This document shows positions 34,891 to 54,987 of a stretch of DNA of 64,000 nucleotides, piece after piece. Position 1 is the first letter of the stretch. Each line of letters begins with the position of its first letter. Position numbers and translations under genes: made by a program. A model generated the notes under the pieces. That model saw only the letters and a list, made by a program, of their open reading frames with translations, searched no databases and was not told where the DNA came from. The stretch is from the human T2T-CHM13v2.0 reference genome, Homo sapiens, in assembly GCF_009914755.1 (NCBI RefSeq), contig NC_060925.1; one strand, given 5' to 3'.

Positions 34891-37009
34891 AAGAGCCATA
34901 GAAATCCTTCCAGGAAGTTCCAGTGTGCCCTCAGGGGTGTATGTAGGAGACCCAGTACAATTTGAGGAATCTCCAAAAACCACTGAATTCTGACAACAAC
35001 CCTGTGAGTGCCGTTCTCTCCCCTCTATAAATGAGAGGACTGATGACCCAGGGTCTTCAGAAAGTCTCCGCGTTACAGCCCTCTATCCTCACGGTATTTC
35101 TTCACCTCTTCTTGTCACGGCCCCTTTGGAAATCTGAAGAAAGCTAGTGGTAACCCTCGCCACCAGGAAACTGTACCCACACATTTTGAAAATCCTGCCA
35201 ACACTTTCATGGGACTCATGAACCTCTTAAAACCCCCCAGACACTTAAAACCCTCCAGAACCCCTGACGAACTGATTTTAAAAGAGAATCCAAATTCCAG
35301 GAGGCCAAGGCGGTAAATGATGAATTCAAAGAGATGAACTGTCAAATGGGGGAATTTTAGGCAATAACCTAGATCAGGTAAGAGGGTGAGAAATTGGGAC
35401 AGTTTTCTGTTGTGATGTGAGTTCCCAAGCGTCTAGGCCCAAATGGATGAGCTATGCCATCCATCCATCCACCCCTCAAAATATTCATGGGGCACCCCCC
35501 TGTACCAGGCCTTATACTCAATTCTGGGAGCACAGAGATGAATCAGACACAGATCCGGCCCTCGAGGACCCCAGTGGAAGCAGACTCAGCCACAGATAAT
35601 TACTTTCAGGTTAGTACTAAAATAAAGGCAACTGCAAAACACAGAGCAAGGCCCAACAATTCTTTCCTTGCTGGGGCTTTAAAATATATCTCTTACAGAT
35701 GAGAATATGGTAACAAACAACTGGAAGGAGAGTGCCAACCAGTGATGAAACTTTATCTTAAAGCTGTGGAGGAGCTAGCTTCACACTAGAAGCCTCCCCT
35801 GCTCATAAGATACCTGGGGGAGAGCCGGGGAAGGAAGGAGTTGAGAATCAAGAGTTAAAGGGCTAGAAACCTTTGCATGTCCCTAGGCTGCTGACTGCCC
35901 CCTAATGACAGGCTACAGAAGGCAGGGGTAAGTCTCTCTCTTCCTCAACCACTGAAGGGGTCCATTTCATCTGGTGAAAGGTCAGCCCCCGACCAAGGCT
36001 TGCGGGAAGGCCAGGACGCCATCACAGACCAGGCAGACATCAGGGCGAGATGGAGTGCTCACCTCAGGGATTCGGGTAAGCCTTCCCTGCCTCACTTAAG
36101 GCCACCAGAGAGGAGGTGTGGAGTTGAGTAAAGGCCTCTGTGGGTCTGTCTGCTCCATCCTCTCTTCTCACCATTCAACGTGAATTGCAGATTACCGAAG
36201 AACCGGAAGAGGCTAAGGTTCTAGTCCTGTCGTTGTGGATCCCGGAGTTTGTGATGTGTTATCTGAGGGCATGTGATAGTTCATTTGAGAATTGATAATA
36301 ACCATTCGTTGATATGCCGGGCACCGAGGTACTTTCATCTCATAAGTTCACAGAGCTAGAAAATAGAAGAGGAATTTGAAACCAGTGGGCCAACTCCAAG
36401 GCCTGAGCTTCCAACCACTATACTCCTCTGTCTCCCTCTAAGAGAGATCTTGTGAGGACTGTGAGTTCCTCGCTAACACTCAGTGATGGCCACAGTGGCA
36501 TTGTCCTAAAAAGCCATCTGCTCTCGTCCTTCGTGCTCTAGCTCCAGCAGCCTTCCCAGAGCACTACATCTTCACCTCTTTTGCAAGCTATCTTCACCTC
36601 TTTTGAGGCACAGATATTTTCTACTTTGTATTACATTTCTGCAACTACCTTCCTCTTTCCGCAAGGACGCAGATGCTCTTTGTGGACACGGGCACGTGTG
36701 CATCATCTTGATGCTCCACCTGGTGCTTAGGTTACGGCAGCCATCAATCGAGTCCTGTCCAGACTTCCAAGTAAGGAGCGGGTAATTTCCACCATCTTGG
36801 TCTTGGATAGGCAATGCTGCTAGGCACACAAATTCCGTCCCAGGGCCACAGACGACACCACTCTGGCCAGTGCCTCATAAACGTGCGTGTGAAGGACAGA
36901 TTCGAGTCCATCTGCAGATCAATGACCGTGAGGAGCTGGCACATAGGGAAGAAAGCCAGGTCAAGCTATGAACTGCAGAGGAGTCTTGGACGCTGTGGGA
37001 AACGGCTCC

Positions 37010-37170
37010 TTCCCAGCTATAGCTGGAGCCAGGCCTGGCCCCTGGGTGACCTCACAGCCCGGCCTCCGCTAATTGGCTCATGGTGATACAGAGAGGCATG
37101 CTGGCGCAGAGGCTCTGTCCAATAGGAGAGCTCAATGTTGGACGGTGGCAAGCAGACCCAATCAGGGCCT
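37010..37170. promoter_or_regulatory. Candidate promoter: three CCAAT (NF-Y) boxes in CpG-retaining unique sequence
   Basis: ATTGG at 37072-37076, CCAAT at 37119-37123, CCAATCAG at 37158-37165. About 25 CpG in 36640-37400 (hand count). Confidence 0.4.
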
Positions 37171-37608
37171 TCCACTAAGAGCTCAGCTGCGTGGTGCAGC
37201 CTGGGACTGGAAATTTACCCTCAGCTTTTAACACCAGAAGTGGTGTTTCTGGGCCTCCATCTTTGCCTGTGGAGGAACAGGTAGTCGCACCCATAGTCGG
37301 CTGCATGAGGCCCTTATAGGGTTGCTGCAGGGCTGGTGGCACCCCCTAGACTCGCTCTCTCTTTTTTTAAGTCCAGCCGAATATCATAGGTGCGCTCTTT
37401 GGGGGCTTTGCCCCTGGAGTTTTGCTATTCCTGTTCTGTGATGTGTCTCTATCTCCTCCAGGAGATAGCTTGCTATCACTGCATTCTGTTCCTATAAGAA
37501 ACAGAGAGACCTGGGAAATTGAATAAATTGCACAGTCATGCAGCTATGATGGAGCAGTTAGTATTCTGTCCCCGGTCTGTCTGTTACACAAGTCCTCTCT
37601 TAACCACA

Positions 37609-38387
<779 letters not shown>

Positions 38388-41300
38388 ACCACAAGGCTGT
38401 AGTGTTCCCCCTAGGTGGTCTTGGAACCCACCCTGTCTTCACAACCCAACACAGTCTTTGTCAGCCAACATTCCTGAGTACATCCTTCTCGTCTCCATTT
38501 CACAGGCTCAGAGAGGTGAAGTGACTTGCTCAAAACTGCACAGGCACTGAGTATCAGAACTCAGTTTTGCACCCAGTTCTGTATGACTCCAAGGTCTTCA
38601 TAATTCAAAGTAAAACTGAGCTTCTGGTTAGAGTCTTGTGTGGTTGGATACTTCCTGGGTGTTTGCCTTGGCTCACCACAAGCCTGGAAGCATAGGGAGG
38701 GCATGACACCTGTATGCTGGGGTTTGGCATAGGGCTGAGCACACAGTAGGTCATGAATACATGCAGGCTCCGTGAAAGTATTCTCTCTTGTCTCCTTTCT
38801 TCATTGCCTGGTGTCATGATTAGGTCACCCAGGAGACACAATTACCTTAGTACAAATCCATCAGTTCCTCAAAACTAGTGATTGACAATAGAACAATGAA
38901 TGATTGGTAAGCCTATTGCTGCCTTGGCAGACCCGTGGTGAATTTCTCATCAGACCTTCAAGGCTGGCAGGTCGACATAGCACATGGGAAAGAGCACAGG
39001 CTCAGAAGTCAGAAAGGATTTCAGACCTTGCCTCTAATTTACTTTCTGTAGGACTATGTCTGGTTTCAGTTTCTACCACCATATGTAATAATCATCAACT
39101 TGATAAGTGCCCAGCACATTCATTTCCAAATGTCCAAATATATATATGACAGCTAGGAAAATTGATCCAAAAAGATGACTCATTCCTGGGTCTCCTAACT
39201 CTAGGTCTGATCCTTTTCTCCAAATTAATGTCTCAATCTTAGTAAGCCATACTTGGGTTCAAATCCTGGCTCTACAAAGTTTTTGTTGCCTGATCTTGGT
39301 TGGGCAAGGATTGAATGGAATAACTAAATATAAATATTAAGTGCAGTCATGATTACAGTATAGACTGCGGTTTTCTGACCCTGCTACTGAATGTATAATC
39401 CTTGAAGGCAAGCCTTTTTCTTATTCATCTTAGTTACCTATCTAAGTAGCTCTGGCCACACACAGGTACATTTACTGAGCACCTACTACATGCTGAAGCA
39501 CTTACTACATACCCACTGTGCTGAAGCCTCCACATGCATCATCTCTTCCACTCCTCACAGAAATTCTGTGAATGGATCATATTACCCCATCTTGCAGATG
39601 TGGCCACTGAGGATCAGAAAGTTGAAGTGATTTCATTAACACAGTGCCAAGTTTCAACACAGGTCTGTCTGATTCCAGAGCCCACGTGGTTGATCGCTGT
39701 GCCACCCAGCTTTGCTGAGAAGTTGTTCAGTAACCATGATAAATGGGTGATGAATTGTACAGTTGAGTCAATCAACAGCCAGTTCAGGCAGCCAGACCTA
39801 CAAAGCATGTGATTTTGTCATCTATGAGTTCTTACCTCCAGTGACATCTGAAAGAGGGCTTTCTCTAGTCAGCCTCTCTTTCCCCAGAGCCCTGGAGTTA
39901 GGCAGCTCTCTTGGGGCAAAAGCCTGCCTCCTGAAGCCTGGCCTGGCCCCCCAGTGAAGGCAGAGGGCTTGGCGCTGTGCTGAATGCATATTAGGCACTC
40001 TGGACACCTTGTCAGCTGATGGAAAGATCAATTGGTTGATGGAGAGAGCTCATGGGACACAGCCCTAGTTGTGAAACTACTCTTAGTTCCAGAGCAAGGA
40101 GAATTTCTTCCGGTCCATCTTAGGAGGGAGGGCTGCCTGAGGGCCAAACACCCTCATGGGAATTGAGAAGCTTATAGGGACAGATGCAGGTGTGGTAGGT
40201 GGTCCTGAGATTTTCCAGTCCCTTCCCCTCTCCCTGTCCTGTGAATGTCTCCACAGCCAGCCTAACAATCATGTGGTGCACTGGAGTTCACAACACGCTT
40301 TCACATACGTGACCCCATTTTAGAGCCTTACAGCAATGCTTTTTAGGTAGTTGTGGATGGGAAGCAGCATGGCCTGATGGCAGAGCCCAAGTTGTAAAGT
40401 CATCAGAGCTGGTCCAGATCTCAGCTCTACCACTTCATAACCTTATGACTTTGGGAAATTTTCTAAACCTCTCTGAATCTGGGCTTTCTTTCTCTGTAAA
40501 ATGGGGATAAGAATAGTCCCTCCGTCACAGGGCATTGCGAGAAGTAGGTGCTATTTGTAAAGTTTCCAAGAACTCAAAAAATGAATATTTTAAAATTAGG
40601 TATTCCTTACATAGTTATTATATAGTCTGTTGCCCCTTGGATACATGACTTGCCCAAGGTCACTCAGCTCGTAAGCAGCAGAGCTGGGACTCACACTTGG
40701 TTTTCCTGGTCCTGAGGGATGGTAGCAGTCGGTGCTTATTGTATTCCAGCTGACCTGAATAGGATGGGAGAAGTGTGTTGCCTATGTTCATATCATGCTT
40801 CTTAGGGATAGAAGTAGACATCAAGTTGGGGAGGGGTCTGGCACTCAGAGGTAGCAGCATGGAAGCAGGGCGGGATGGAAGGTAACTGAGATCCCCTTTG
40901 CTGGGCCTGGCATCCTTTCCAGCTCCCTGCCTGTGGTCTCCTCCCTGCATGTCCTCTGCCTGAGGTCTCCTCCCTGCCTGTCCTCTGCCTGTTGCTGTAA
41001 CTTTCCGGTGTCTTGATGATTTCCCAAGATGAATGCACCACACCTCAAATGAGCTGTTTGCCCAAATGATAGGATGCTCTTGGTTCATCCAATGAATGAA
41101 TATTTATGAAGTCTCTACAAGGTCTACAACCCTGTAATCAGGGCTGGAGGGCGGAGATGCTGGACAACAAAAGATCTGGGCCCGCAAGGATTTTCCAATA
41201 CAGCAGTGGACCCAAAACACAGTACTGGGTGGATGTATTTCTGCCCCCTCCACCTACTTCCTAATTTATGCCCACCTAGCATCAGTCCTTCCTTTTAAGT

Positions 41301-41464
41301 CTGCACGTGGCGGGTGGAGCTCGGCTGAAGTCCCCGAGGGCTGCTTGGCTGGGTGGGTTTAGAGACAGCCAAGAGCAGACAGCTATTTGACATTCCCTGG
41401 GAGAGGGAGGAATGAATCATAGTTGTCTTGGGTGGTGAATGTCAGCTGGCCCTGTCGCTAATCA

Positions 41465-41896
<432 letters not shown>

Positions 41897-42162
41897 CTAA
41901 GGTCTTCTTTGTGCCAGCCTATCACCTCCATAGCATGTGACAAGTTTAAGAATGTGCTACTTCCTAGGCCTCTGGGACCCACTTTCTCGTCCTTTTTCCT
42001 TAAAAAGAAATGAGTCTTATTTTATTATTAAAGGAATACTACACGCCTAAACCATTTGGAAAAAGGGAAATGTAGAAAGAACTCTTAAAACCATATTTAG
42101 ACCCACCACTCAAAGCCAACCACAAGTTTTGGCATCTTTTATTTGAATCCTTTAGAAAACAC

Positions 42163-42795
<633 letters not shown>

Positions 42796-42884
42796 ACTTT
42801 GTATGTGTCTGCTCTACTAGAGGTGAAAGTCTGTGTCCTGCTGTAGTCACTTAATGTAAAATATTAAAGCAAATCTAGATTTTT

Positions 42885-43420
42885 GCTGCCATTATTTTGA
42901 ATGGATACATCATATTTCACTAGGTTGAGATACCGTAATTTACTTCACATTGCCCTCTGGGACGCTGTGGTAGTTATTCCACTGTATAAGTAAGGATGCA
43001 GTGAGAATTTCATATACAAGGGTTTTCCCTGTTCACAATAACCTAAGCAAGTCTCCCTGAAGAGAAGGTACAGGATCAAAGGATATCAACATATCAAGGG
43101 CTTTTAAGACCCATTGCCAAATTGTTTTCCAAAACAGTTGTACTAATTTCCACTCCCACCAGCCACGAATGAGAGCTCCTCTTTCAACCACGCCCTTGGC
43201 AACCTTGGCTATTATCATTTCCTCAAATCTGGGCTGATTTGATAGGCAACCATTTGCATCTCATTTTAATTTTTAATTCCTTCAATAACTAATGAGACGG
43301 AACATCTTTCCATGTGTTCGTGAATTGCTTATTCCTGTCTTCTAACCTTTCCTTCATCCATTTAGCTTTCGGCATCTGCAAGGTTTTTCTCGTAGAGTTG
43401 TATAAGTTCTCCCAGGACTG
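42885..43420 (-). mobile_element. L1ME-type fragment
   Basis: ttgccaaattgttttccaaaa..gttgtactaattt..cactcccaccagc. Confidence 0.55.
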
Positions 43421-44135
43421 AGTTTCTGCTACATCACAGTCTGGGATGGCACAGGCAGCATCCCCTTCTCTAGCCCTTTCCCCCATCAGAGGCGCCTCTC
43501 CCCATCTCCCTAATTCCTATTCATTCTTCAAGGACCAGTTAAGGCTCCACCTTCTCTCAAAAGCCCACCCTGCTAGGCCCAATATCTCTTTTTCTTCCCC
43601 TCTCCACTTCATTTAAACACAATTAGGCATTTTAGAACGTGGTTATATTTTCAGGATCGTTCAGGTTGGGTCTCTGTGTTCCACCACATCCTGTCTCCCA
43701 GGGAGTATGGGGCTCCCCTGCATTAGTGCAATGCTAGGCACAAAATAAGTGAACTTGGCAGCAACCTGCCAGCTCTAAAACTAAAGCCTAGACTTCCTCT
43801 GGCCTCTGGCCAAGCCATAGACTTCCACTTCGGGAAAATCATGGTGTTTTGGTGACAGGTGGACTTGGGTTCCAATCCCAGCTCCTCCACTAACTTAACA
43901 GGACTAAATTCTTCGCCCTTGCTGGGCCTTTGTTCTCTTGGTTGGCAAATGGGATAACGGCTTTTATCTCACTTGGTGATGTGAGGATTAAATGAAGTAA
44001 TTTGAAACAAGGGTTTTGAACAGTTCTTGGTATAAAATAAACACTTAAAAAAAACACAGGAGCTATTATTGTTTCTTCACCACCATTCATGTCTCTCCCC
44101 TCCTTCAGAAAACTTGGTTTTTCCAAGATGTCATC

Positions 44136-44925
<790 letters not shown>

Positions 44926-45616
44926 TCCTATTTGTGCCTGCTTGATTTGGCCTCCACAACCCTGTGCACTTGGCTGTTCGGCATCCTCCAGGAAGGGGCG
45001 AGAGGGAAAAAAGAATGGTCCCTGAGCAAGCCCTGTGGTAGGTTTCCTGATTCACCTGGGGGTAGAGATTCTGACATTTCCATAAGGAAATGGAGGCTTA
45101 GAGAGGCTTGGTGCTTATCTAAGATCACACAGCACAGCCAGGTTTAGTGCCCTCCCGGGCTGGCTGACTCCAGATCTCTGTTCCTTTCACCACCCAAGGA
45201 TGGTGTCTCACATTCAGGGTTGTTCTCTATTCATTTAAATTCGGTCCAACACACAGGTCTTGAGCAGGTACCTACCTTGAGGAAGGCAACATACGATAGA
45301 TAACATAGTTTTCTGTAATTTTATGTAGAATAGCTATCTGATTTTAGGCGAGTCATGTTGACTGTCAACCTTAGTTTCCTCCTGTGCGAAAGGAGGCAGA
45401 GGTCATAGAAAAAAAGAAGGCCACGAACAACCACTTCACAGGGGAGGAAACTCAAATGGCCAGGAAGTGTGTGAAAAGATGTTTCACCTCATTCATAATC
45501 AAGGAAATGCAAACTCAAACAATAATGAGAACCTCCATGGTTCTCTTTGCCTCATCAAGTGGAATTTGACCTTTGGGATGATGTAAGCTGTGGGCTCTAT
45601 CTCTTGGTCTGCCCTA

Positions 45617-45950
45617 CTTTTTTTTTCTTTCTTTTTGTTTTTTTTGTTGTTGTTTGTTTGTTTTTGAGAAAGGATCTCACTCTGTCACTGGACTGTAGTA
45701 GCACAATCATGGCTCACTGCAGCCTCCGCCCCCTGGGCTCAAAAGATCCTCCCACCTCAGCCTCTCAAGTAGCTGGGACTACTGGTGCACACCACCAAGG
45801 TCAGCTAATTTTTTTTTTTGTATTTTCTTTTGTAGAGACTGGGTCTCCCTGTGTTGCCCATGCTAGTCTTGAACTCCTGAGCTCAAGTGATCTGCCTGCC
45901 TCAGTCTCCCAAAGTGTTGGGATTACAGGCATGAGTCACTGTGCCTGGCC
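45617..45950 (-). mobile_element. AluJ
   Basis: Alu dimer. Confidence 0.88.
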
Positions 45951-48142
45951 TGCCTACATTTCTAGAAGCAGATAGTGTGCTCCACAAATGCTATTGGTGG
46001 CTTCAAACTCATCATCCCAGAACTCCAAATGTTCAATCTGGTTTGGGAGAAAATGCCTGAGAGTTGATCCCACATGTTGATTTAAACCAAAACCTTCAAA
46101 ATATTTGGAGGAGGTAGAGGATGAAGTGTGTGCTAAGGAAAAGAAGAGTCATCTCTGGCCAGCCCATCCTGTTTCCAAGGGAAACCTTGTTCTCAAGACA
46201 GGCACCTAACAGAACTGCCTTTTCAATGTATCTGTTTACTCACGTATTGTTTATTCACTCCTAATCCCTCTGAGGACAGGGACCTCGTCTGTCTTGTTCA
46301 TTATATTTACGATATTGCCTGGTGCATAGTAGGTCAAGGAATACGTGTCAAGTTGAATGAAGGAATTGCTTCTCTCTGGACCTCAGTTTTCTTATCTGGA
46401 AATTGATCGGGCTGAACTTAGTTTTGATTCATTGGTTGGTTCATTGATTCATTAAAAAATTTTGATTAAGCCCTTCTATGCCAGGCCCTTGCTAGATGTT
46501 AGGTATATGGTGTTGAAAAAAACAGACGACAGCTTTGATCCCACCATGGAGCCAGACAGTCACTACTTTCACACAATTAACTTTAATGATACACTGTGAT
46601 AAGTGCTCCAAAGGAGAAAATACAGAGTTCTATGAGGGCATTTATTTAACAGGGGAGACCTCTAAATCTAGAAATCAAAACACCTTGTTAGAACTGCCAG
46701 TCCTCAAGCAAACCTATTTTTTTGATAAGCAAATGAATGTCCCCATGATGAAGAGCTCCAGACCAGTTGAAGTGGCTCAAATCCCATGAAGCCAGTGATT
46801 TGCTGGACCCCACCAAAGATTCCTATCCCGTGGGGCTGTGGTCCCTCCAGTTCCGCCATCAATAGGTTGGAACTCACCTTGTTCAGGTACCTTCAACCGT
46901 TCTCTATTTCCAGACTCCTCACACTAGAATCAAGGTCTTCTGTAATCTGACTCCCACTTTTCTGGTGAGCCTTATCTGTCCCACACTCTGCACTCCAACA
47001 ATGCTGGGCTGACCCCAGCATTGCCACTCACTACCACGGGGCCTGGGCCAGGACCTCGGTTTTGTCACCGGTGACATAATGGGATCGGACTAACATGATG
47101 TTCAGGTTTTATAAATGGTATGTGATTCTGGGATTACTCCCTTAAAGCACTGCACACTTTTCGCCTTCATGCTTTTACCCAAGCTGTGCTGTCTGCCTGG
47201 AAGACCACAGTTGCCACCTGCGATCTCTGTGAAATGAGACTGATATTCTAGATTTCTCTCCTTCACAATGGAGCTCAAATACCATCTTCTCCAAGAAGTT
47301 CTTTCTCCATGTTTTCAGAACAATATGTTTGACACTTTATTAGGATACTTATTACCTTCTACCATGCACAGCTGTGTACAGACACTATAACCTAGTGTTT
47401 GACTGTGGACTCGGCAGTAAAATAAACCAGGGTTCAGATCCCAGCTTTGCCACTTATTAGCTGTGCAAACTTGGCAAGTCATTTAACTCTCTGAGCTTCC
47501 ATTACCTTATCTGTGAAATGGGAATTATAAAGCCTTCACTGTGTTGTACAAACTAAATGTGAAAATAAACAGGAAGTATTTCATGGTACTTGGCAAGCAG
47601 CAAGGGCTAAACCCACGGTCACTCTCTCTTACTACATTCTAAGTCCCTTTGTGATAGGAACTAGAGCTTATCCATTTCTGTACCCCCCAGAGAGCTTAAA
47701 GAAGAAAAGAGAAATGAACTAACCGATGATTCCACATCTACTACAGGCCAGGCATTGTCCTGTACATACATATTCCTTTTAATTCTCACAACTCAGTGAA
47801 GTAGGTATTATAATTACTCCCATTTTACAGATGAGGGAATTGAGGCTCAGAGAAGTGAAGTGCCTTACCCAAGGCCATACAGATGATAATTGGTGGAGCT
47901 GAGATCTGAGCAGGGATGTGTGCCTCCAGAGGCCAAACTGGCTCTGAGTAATTCAAATGAACTTGTTCAGCACAGCTTAATATGTCTCCTAGAAACTACT
48001 CCCAAAGTTTACGGCATTGTCAGTTTACTTCTATTTCCCACGTGAGAGTGCAGGCTCCTTGAGAGCAGGGTCTGTGTCTTACTCCTTGTTATTTCCCATA
48101 GCCCCAAATATCTACAAGTGTGCCTTAGACATAGTCATTTGC

Positions 48143-48391
48143 TGGATGGATAAACAGATGGGTGGGTGGATGGATAGATGGAAGGATGGATGGATGGTTG
48201 GATGGATGGATGGATGGATGGATGGATGGATGGATAGATGGATGGAAGGATGGATGGATGGATGGATGGATGGATGGATGGATAGATGGATGGATGGATG
48301 GATGGATAGAGGGAGGGTGGGAGGGATGGATGGATGGATGGATGGATGGATGGATGGATGGATAGATGGATGGAAGGATGGATGGATGGAT
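48143..48391. repeat. (TGGA)n microsatellite at an L2 3' end
   Basis: About 60 imperfect TGGA units following L2-like gctccttgagagcagggtctgtgtct. Confidence 0.95.
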
Positions 48392-49821
48392 GTACAGAGG
48401 AACCAATGAGTGCATGAATACAAGAGTCCCCAGAGGAAGTGCTTGCCTACCAAGCATTCTACTCGAATAGCTCTCTGCTCCCTTCCCCAGGGACAGCCCA
48501 AGGGCCTGGCTGAGAGTGGAAAAGACTGTGAGAGAAAAGTAGGGAAGAAAACACACCCCATGTGACCACCAAGCGTCTCTCAAGGTGTCATTATGGTGGA
48601 AGCCACAGTTGTCAGATTCCAGCTGCAGTAGTCACACTGGCCTCTGGCCTCTGGAATGCCACCACGGTGGGGCAGACTTCTTGGTGACCATTAAGTGTGG
48701 AGCCAGGGTCTGATTCATGCTGCAATCTTTCCTCCCCCTTTCTCTCCACCAGCGCCCACTGCCCCACCCTGATTCTTGACCACAAGGAGATAGACCACGG
48801 GTCAGGTTTTACACAGAGCCATCAAATCCCCAGAGAGGGTTTTGGCCCAGGAAGTAGGTCAAAAGCCACTACCTTATTATGGAAACAGTAGCAAAGGCCC
48901 AAGATGCTTAATCACCAGGCTTGACTGATGGTATCACTGTCTCCCCGCATACCCGGGAGGGAGGGAGGGAGGGAGCTGAGGGCGATGTGAATATCCCCAG
49001 CCCACACTCACTTGGGCGGGATGAAGGAGATGATGTGTTCAAAGGGCACACATCACCCGTAGCACAGGGCCTGGCCTGTAGTAAGCGCTCAGTAAATGGG
49101 AGCTGCAATTATTAGTGTTACCAATTATCATTAAAGGTAATTAACTGCTACTGAAGTGGTGCTTCACTCTGGCTACATCTAGAAAGGATTTTAAGCCCAA
49201 GGTTTGGAACCCAAGTCCATGTCACACCCCAAAGTAATGAAAAGAAAAGGTAAAAAGGAAAGATTGTGTTTACTTAGTACGAGGTAATCCATAAAGTAGA
49301 ATCCGGGGCAGCTGTTAAGTCACTGGGTGGTGCCATATTTATTGCCAGTGTTTGGACTGTAGTGCCTAGGTGCCCAGCTGTGAAGTCAGAGGGACTGTCA
49401 ACTTAGTGCCATCACTTATGCTTCCAGAGCCTCACTTTCCCACTCTGTAAAACTAATATACAAAGTCCTACCTGTGGACTTGTTGAATGATTAAATGTGC
49501 ACTGATATCCCCTAGCTTGGCCACAAATGAGATCCCTAGAATAATGATATGAATATAAATCCTGCATTTTCAGGACCACAGCAGGTGGGTCTAATACCTC
49601 AGACCACAGACCTACTTGGGAGAACTGTGGAGTCAATCTATACATGGGCTTAGCACAGTTCTTGGCGTTAGTAACTTCTCAGTAAATATAGTCATTCCTC
49701 GGTGTCTGAGGGGGATTCGTTCCTGAACCCCACAGGGATACCAAAATCTGAGGATGCTCAGGTCCTTGATATAAAATGATGTAGTATTTGCATATAACAT
49801 ATGCACATCCTCCCATATACA

Positions 49822-50114
49822 TTTTTTTGAGGGGACAGGGTCTTGCTCTGTTGCCCAGGCTGGAGTGCAGTGGTGTGATCACAGCTCACTGCACCCTTGA
49901 CCTCCTAGGCAAATGCAATCCTCCTACCTTGGCCTCCTGAGTAGCTGGGACCATAGGCATGTGCCACCATATCCTAATTTTTTTGTACTTTTTGTAGAGA
50001 CAGCGTTTCACCATGTTGGCCAAGCTGGTTTTGAACTCCTGAGCTCAAGCCATCTGTCCCCACCTTGGCCTCCCAAAGTGTTGGGATTTCAGGCATGAGC
50101 CACTGTGCCCAGTC
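49822..50114 (-). mobile_element. AluJ in MER2
   Basis: Alu dimer; TSD cctcc..tatac. Confidence 0.88.
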
Positions 50115-50127
50115 CCCTCCAGTATAC

Positions 50128-50418
50128 TTTATTTTTTATTTTTTTGAAGCAGAGTCTTACTCTGTCTCCCAGAGAGGTGTGATCTCAGCTAACTGCAACC
50201 TCCACCTCCTGGGTTCAAGGGATTCTTGTGCTTCAGCCTCCTGAGTAGCTGGGATTACAGGCATGTGCTAACACACCTGGCTAATTTTTTGTATTTTTAG
50301 TAGAGATGGGGTTTTGCCATGTTGGCCAGGCTAGTCTTGAACTCTTGACCTCAAGTGATCTGTCTATCTCTGCCTCCCAAAGTACTAGGATTACACGTGT
50401 AAGCTACTGTGCCCAGCC
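50128..50418 (-). mobile_element. AluS in MER2, short deletion
   Basis: Alu dimer; TSD ccctcc(a/t)gtatacttta. Confidence 0.88.
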
Positions 50419-50782
50419 CCCTCCTGTATACTTTAAATCATCTCTAGATTACTTATGATACCTTGTATCATGTACATTGTATTCAATGTAAACTCTATGT
50501 AAATAGTTGTTCTACTGTATTGGTTTTTATTTGCATTATTTTTATTGTTGTAATGTTATTTGTTATTGTATTTTTTAAATTATACTCTAAGTTCTGGGAT
50601 ACATGTGCAGAACATGCAGGTTTGTTACGTAGATATACATGTGCCATGGTGGTTTGCTGTACCCACCAACCCGTCATCTACATTAGGTATTTCTCCTAAT
50701 GCTATTCCTCCACTTGCCCCCCACCCTCTGACAGGCCCTGGTGTGTGATGTTCCCCTCTCTGTGTCCATGTGTTCTCATTGT

Positions 50783-54924
<4,142 letters not shown>

Positions 54925-54987
54925 TATGATGCTATCTGGTTATTTTGCCCGTTAGTTGATGCAGTTTCTTCATAGTGTTGATGGTCT

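Noticed and set aside
35026-35032. TATA box upstream of a + strand first exon
   Set aside because: tataaatgag lies in a decayed MIR core (normally tacagatgag), so it is weak evidence on its own.
48017-48583. WMDG/HPSI repeat ORFs up to 152 aa
   Set aside because: Translation of (TGGA)n.
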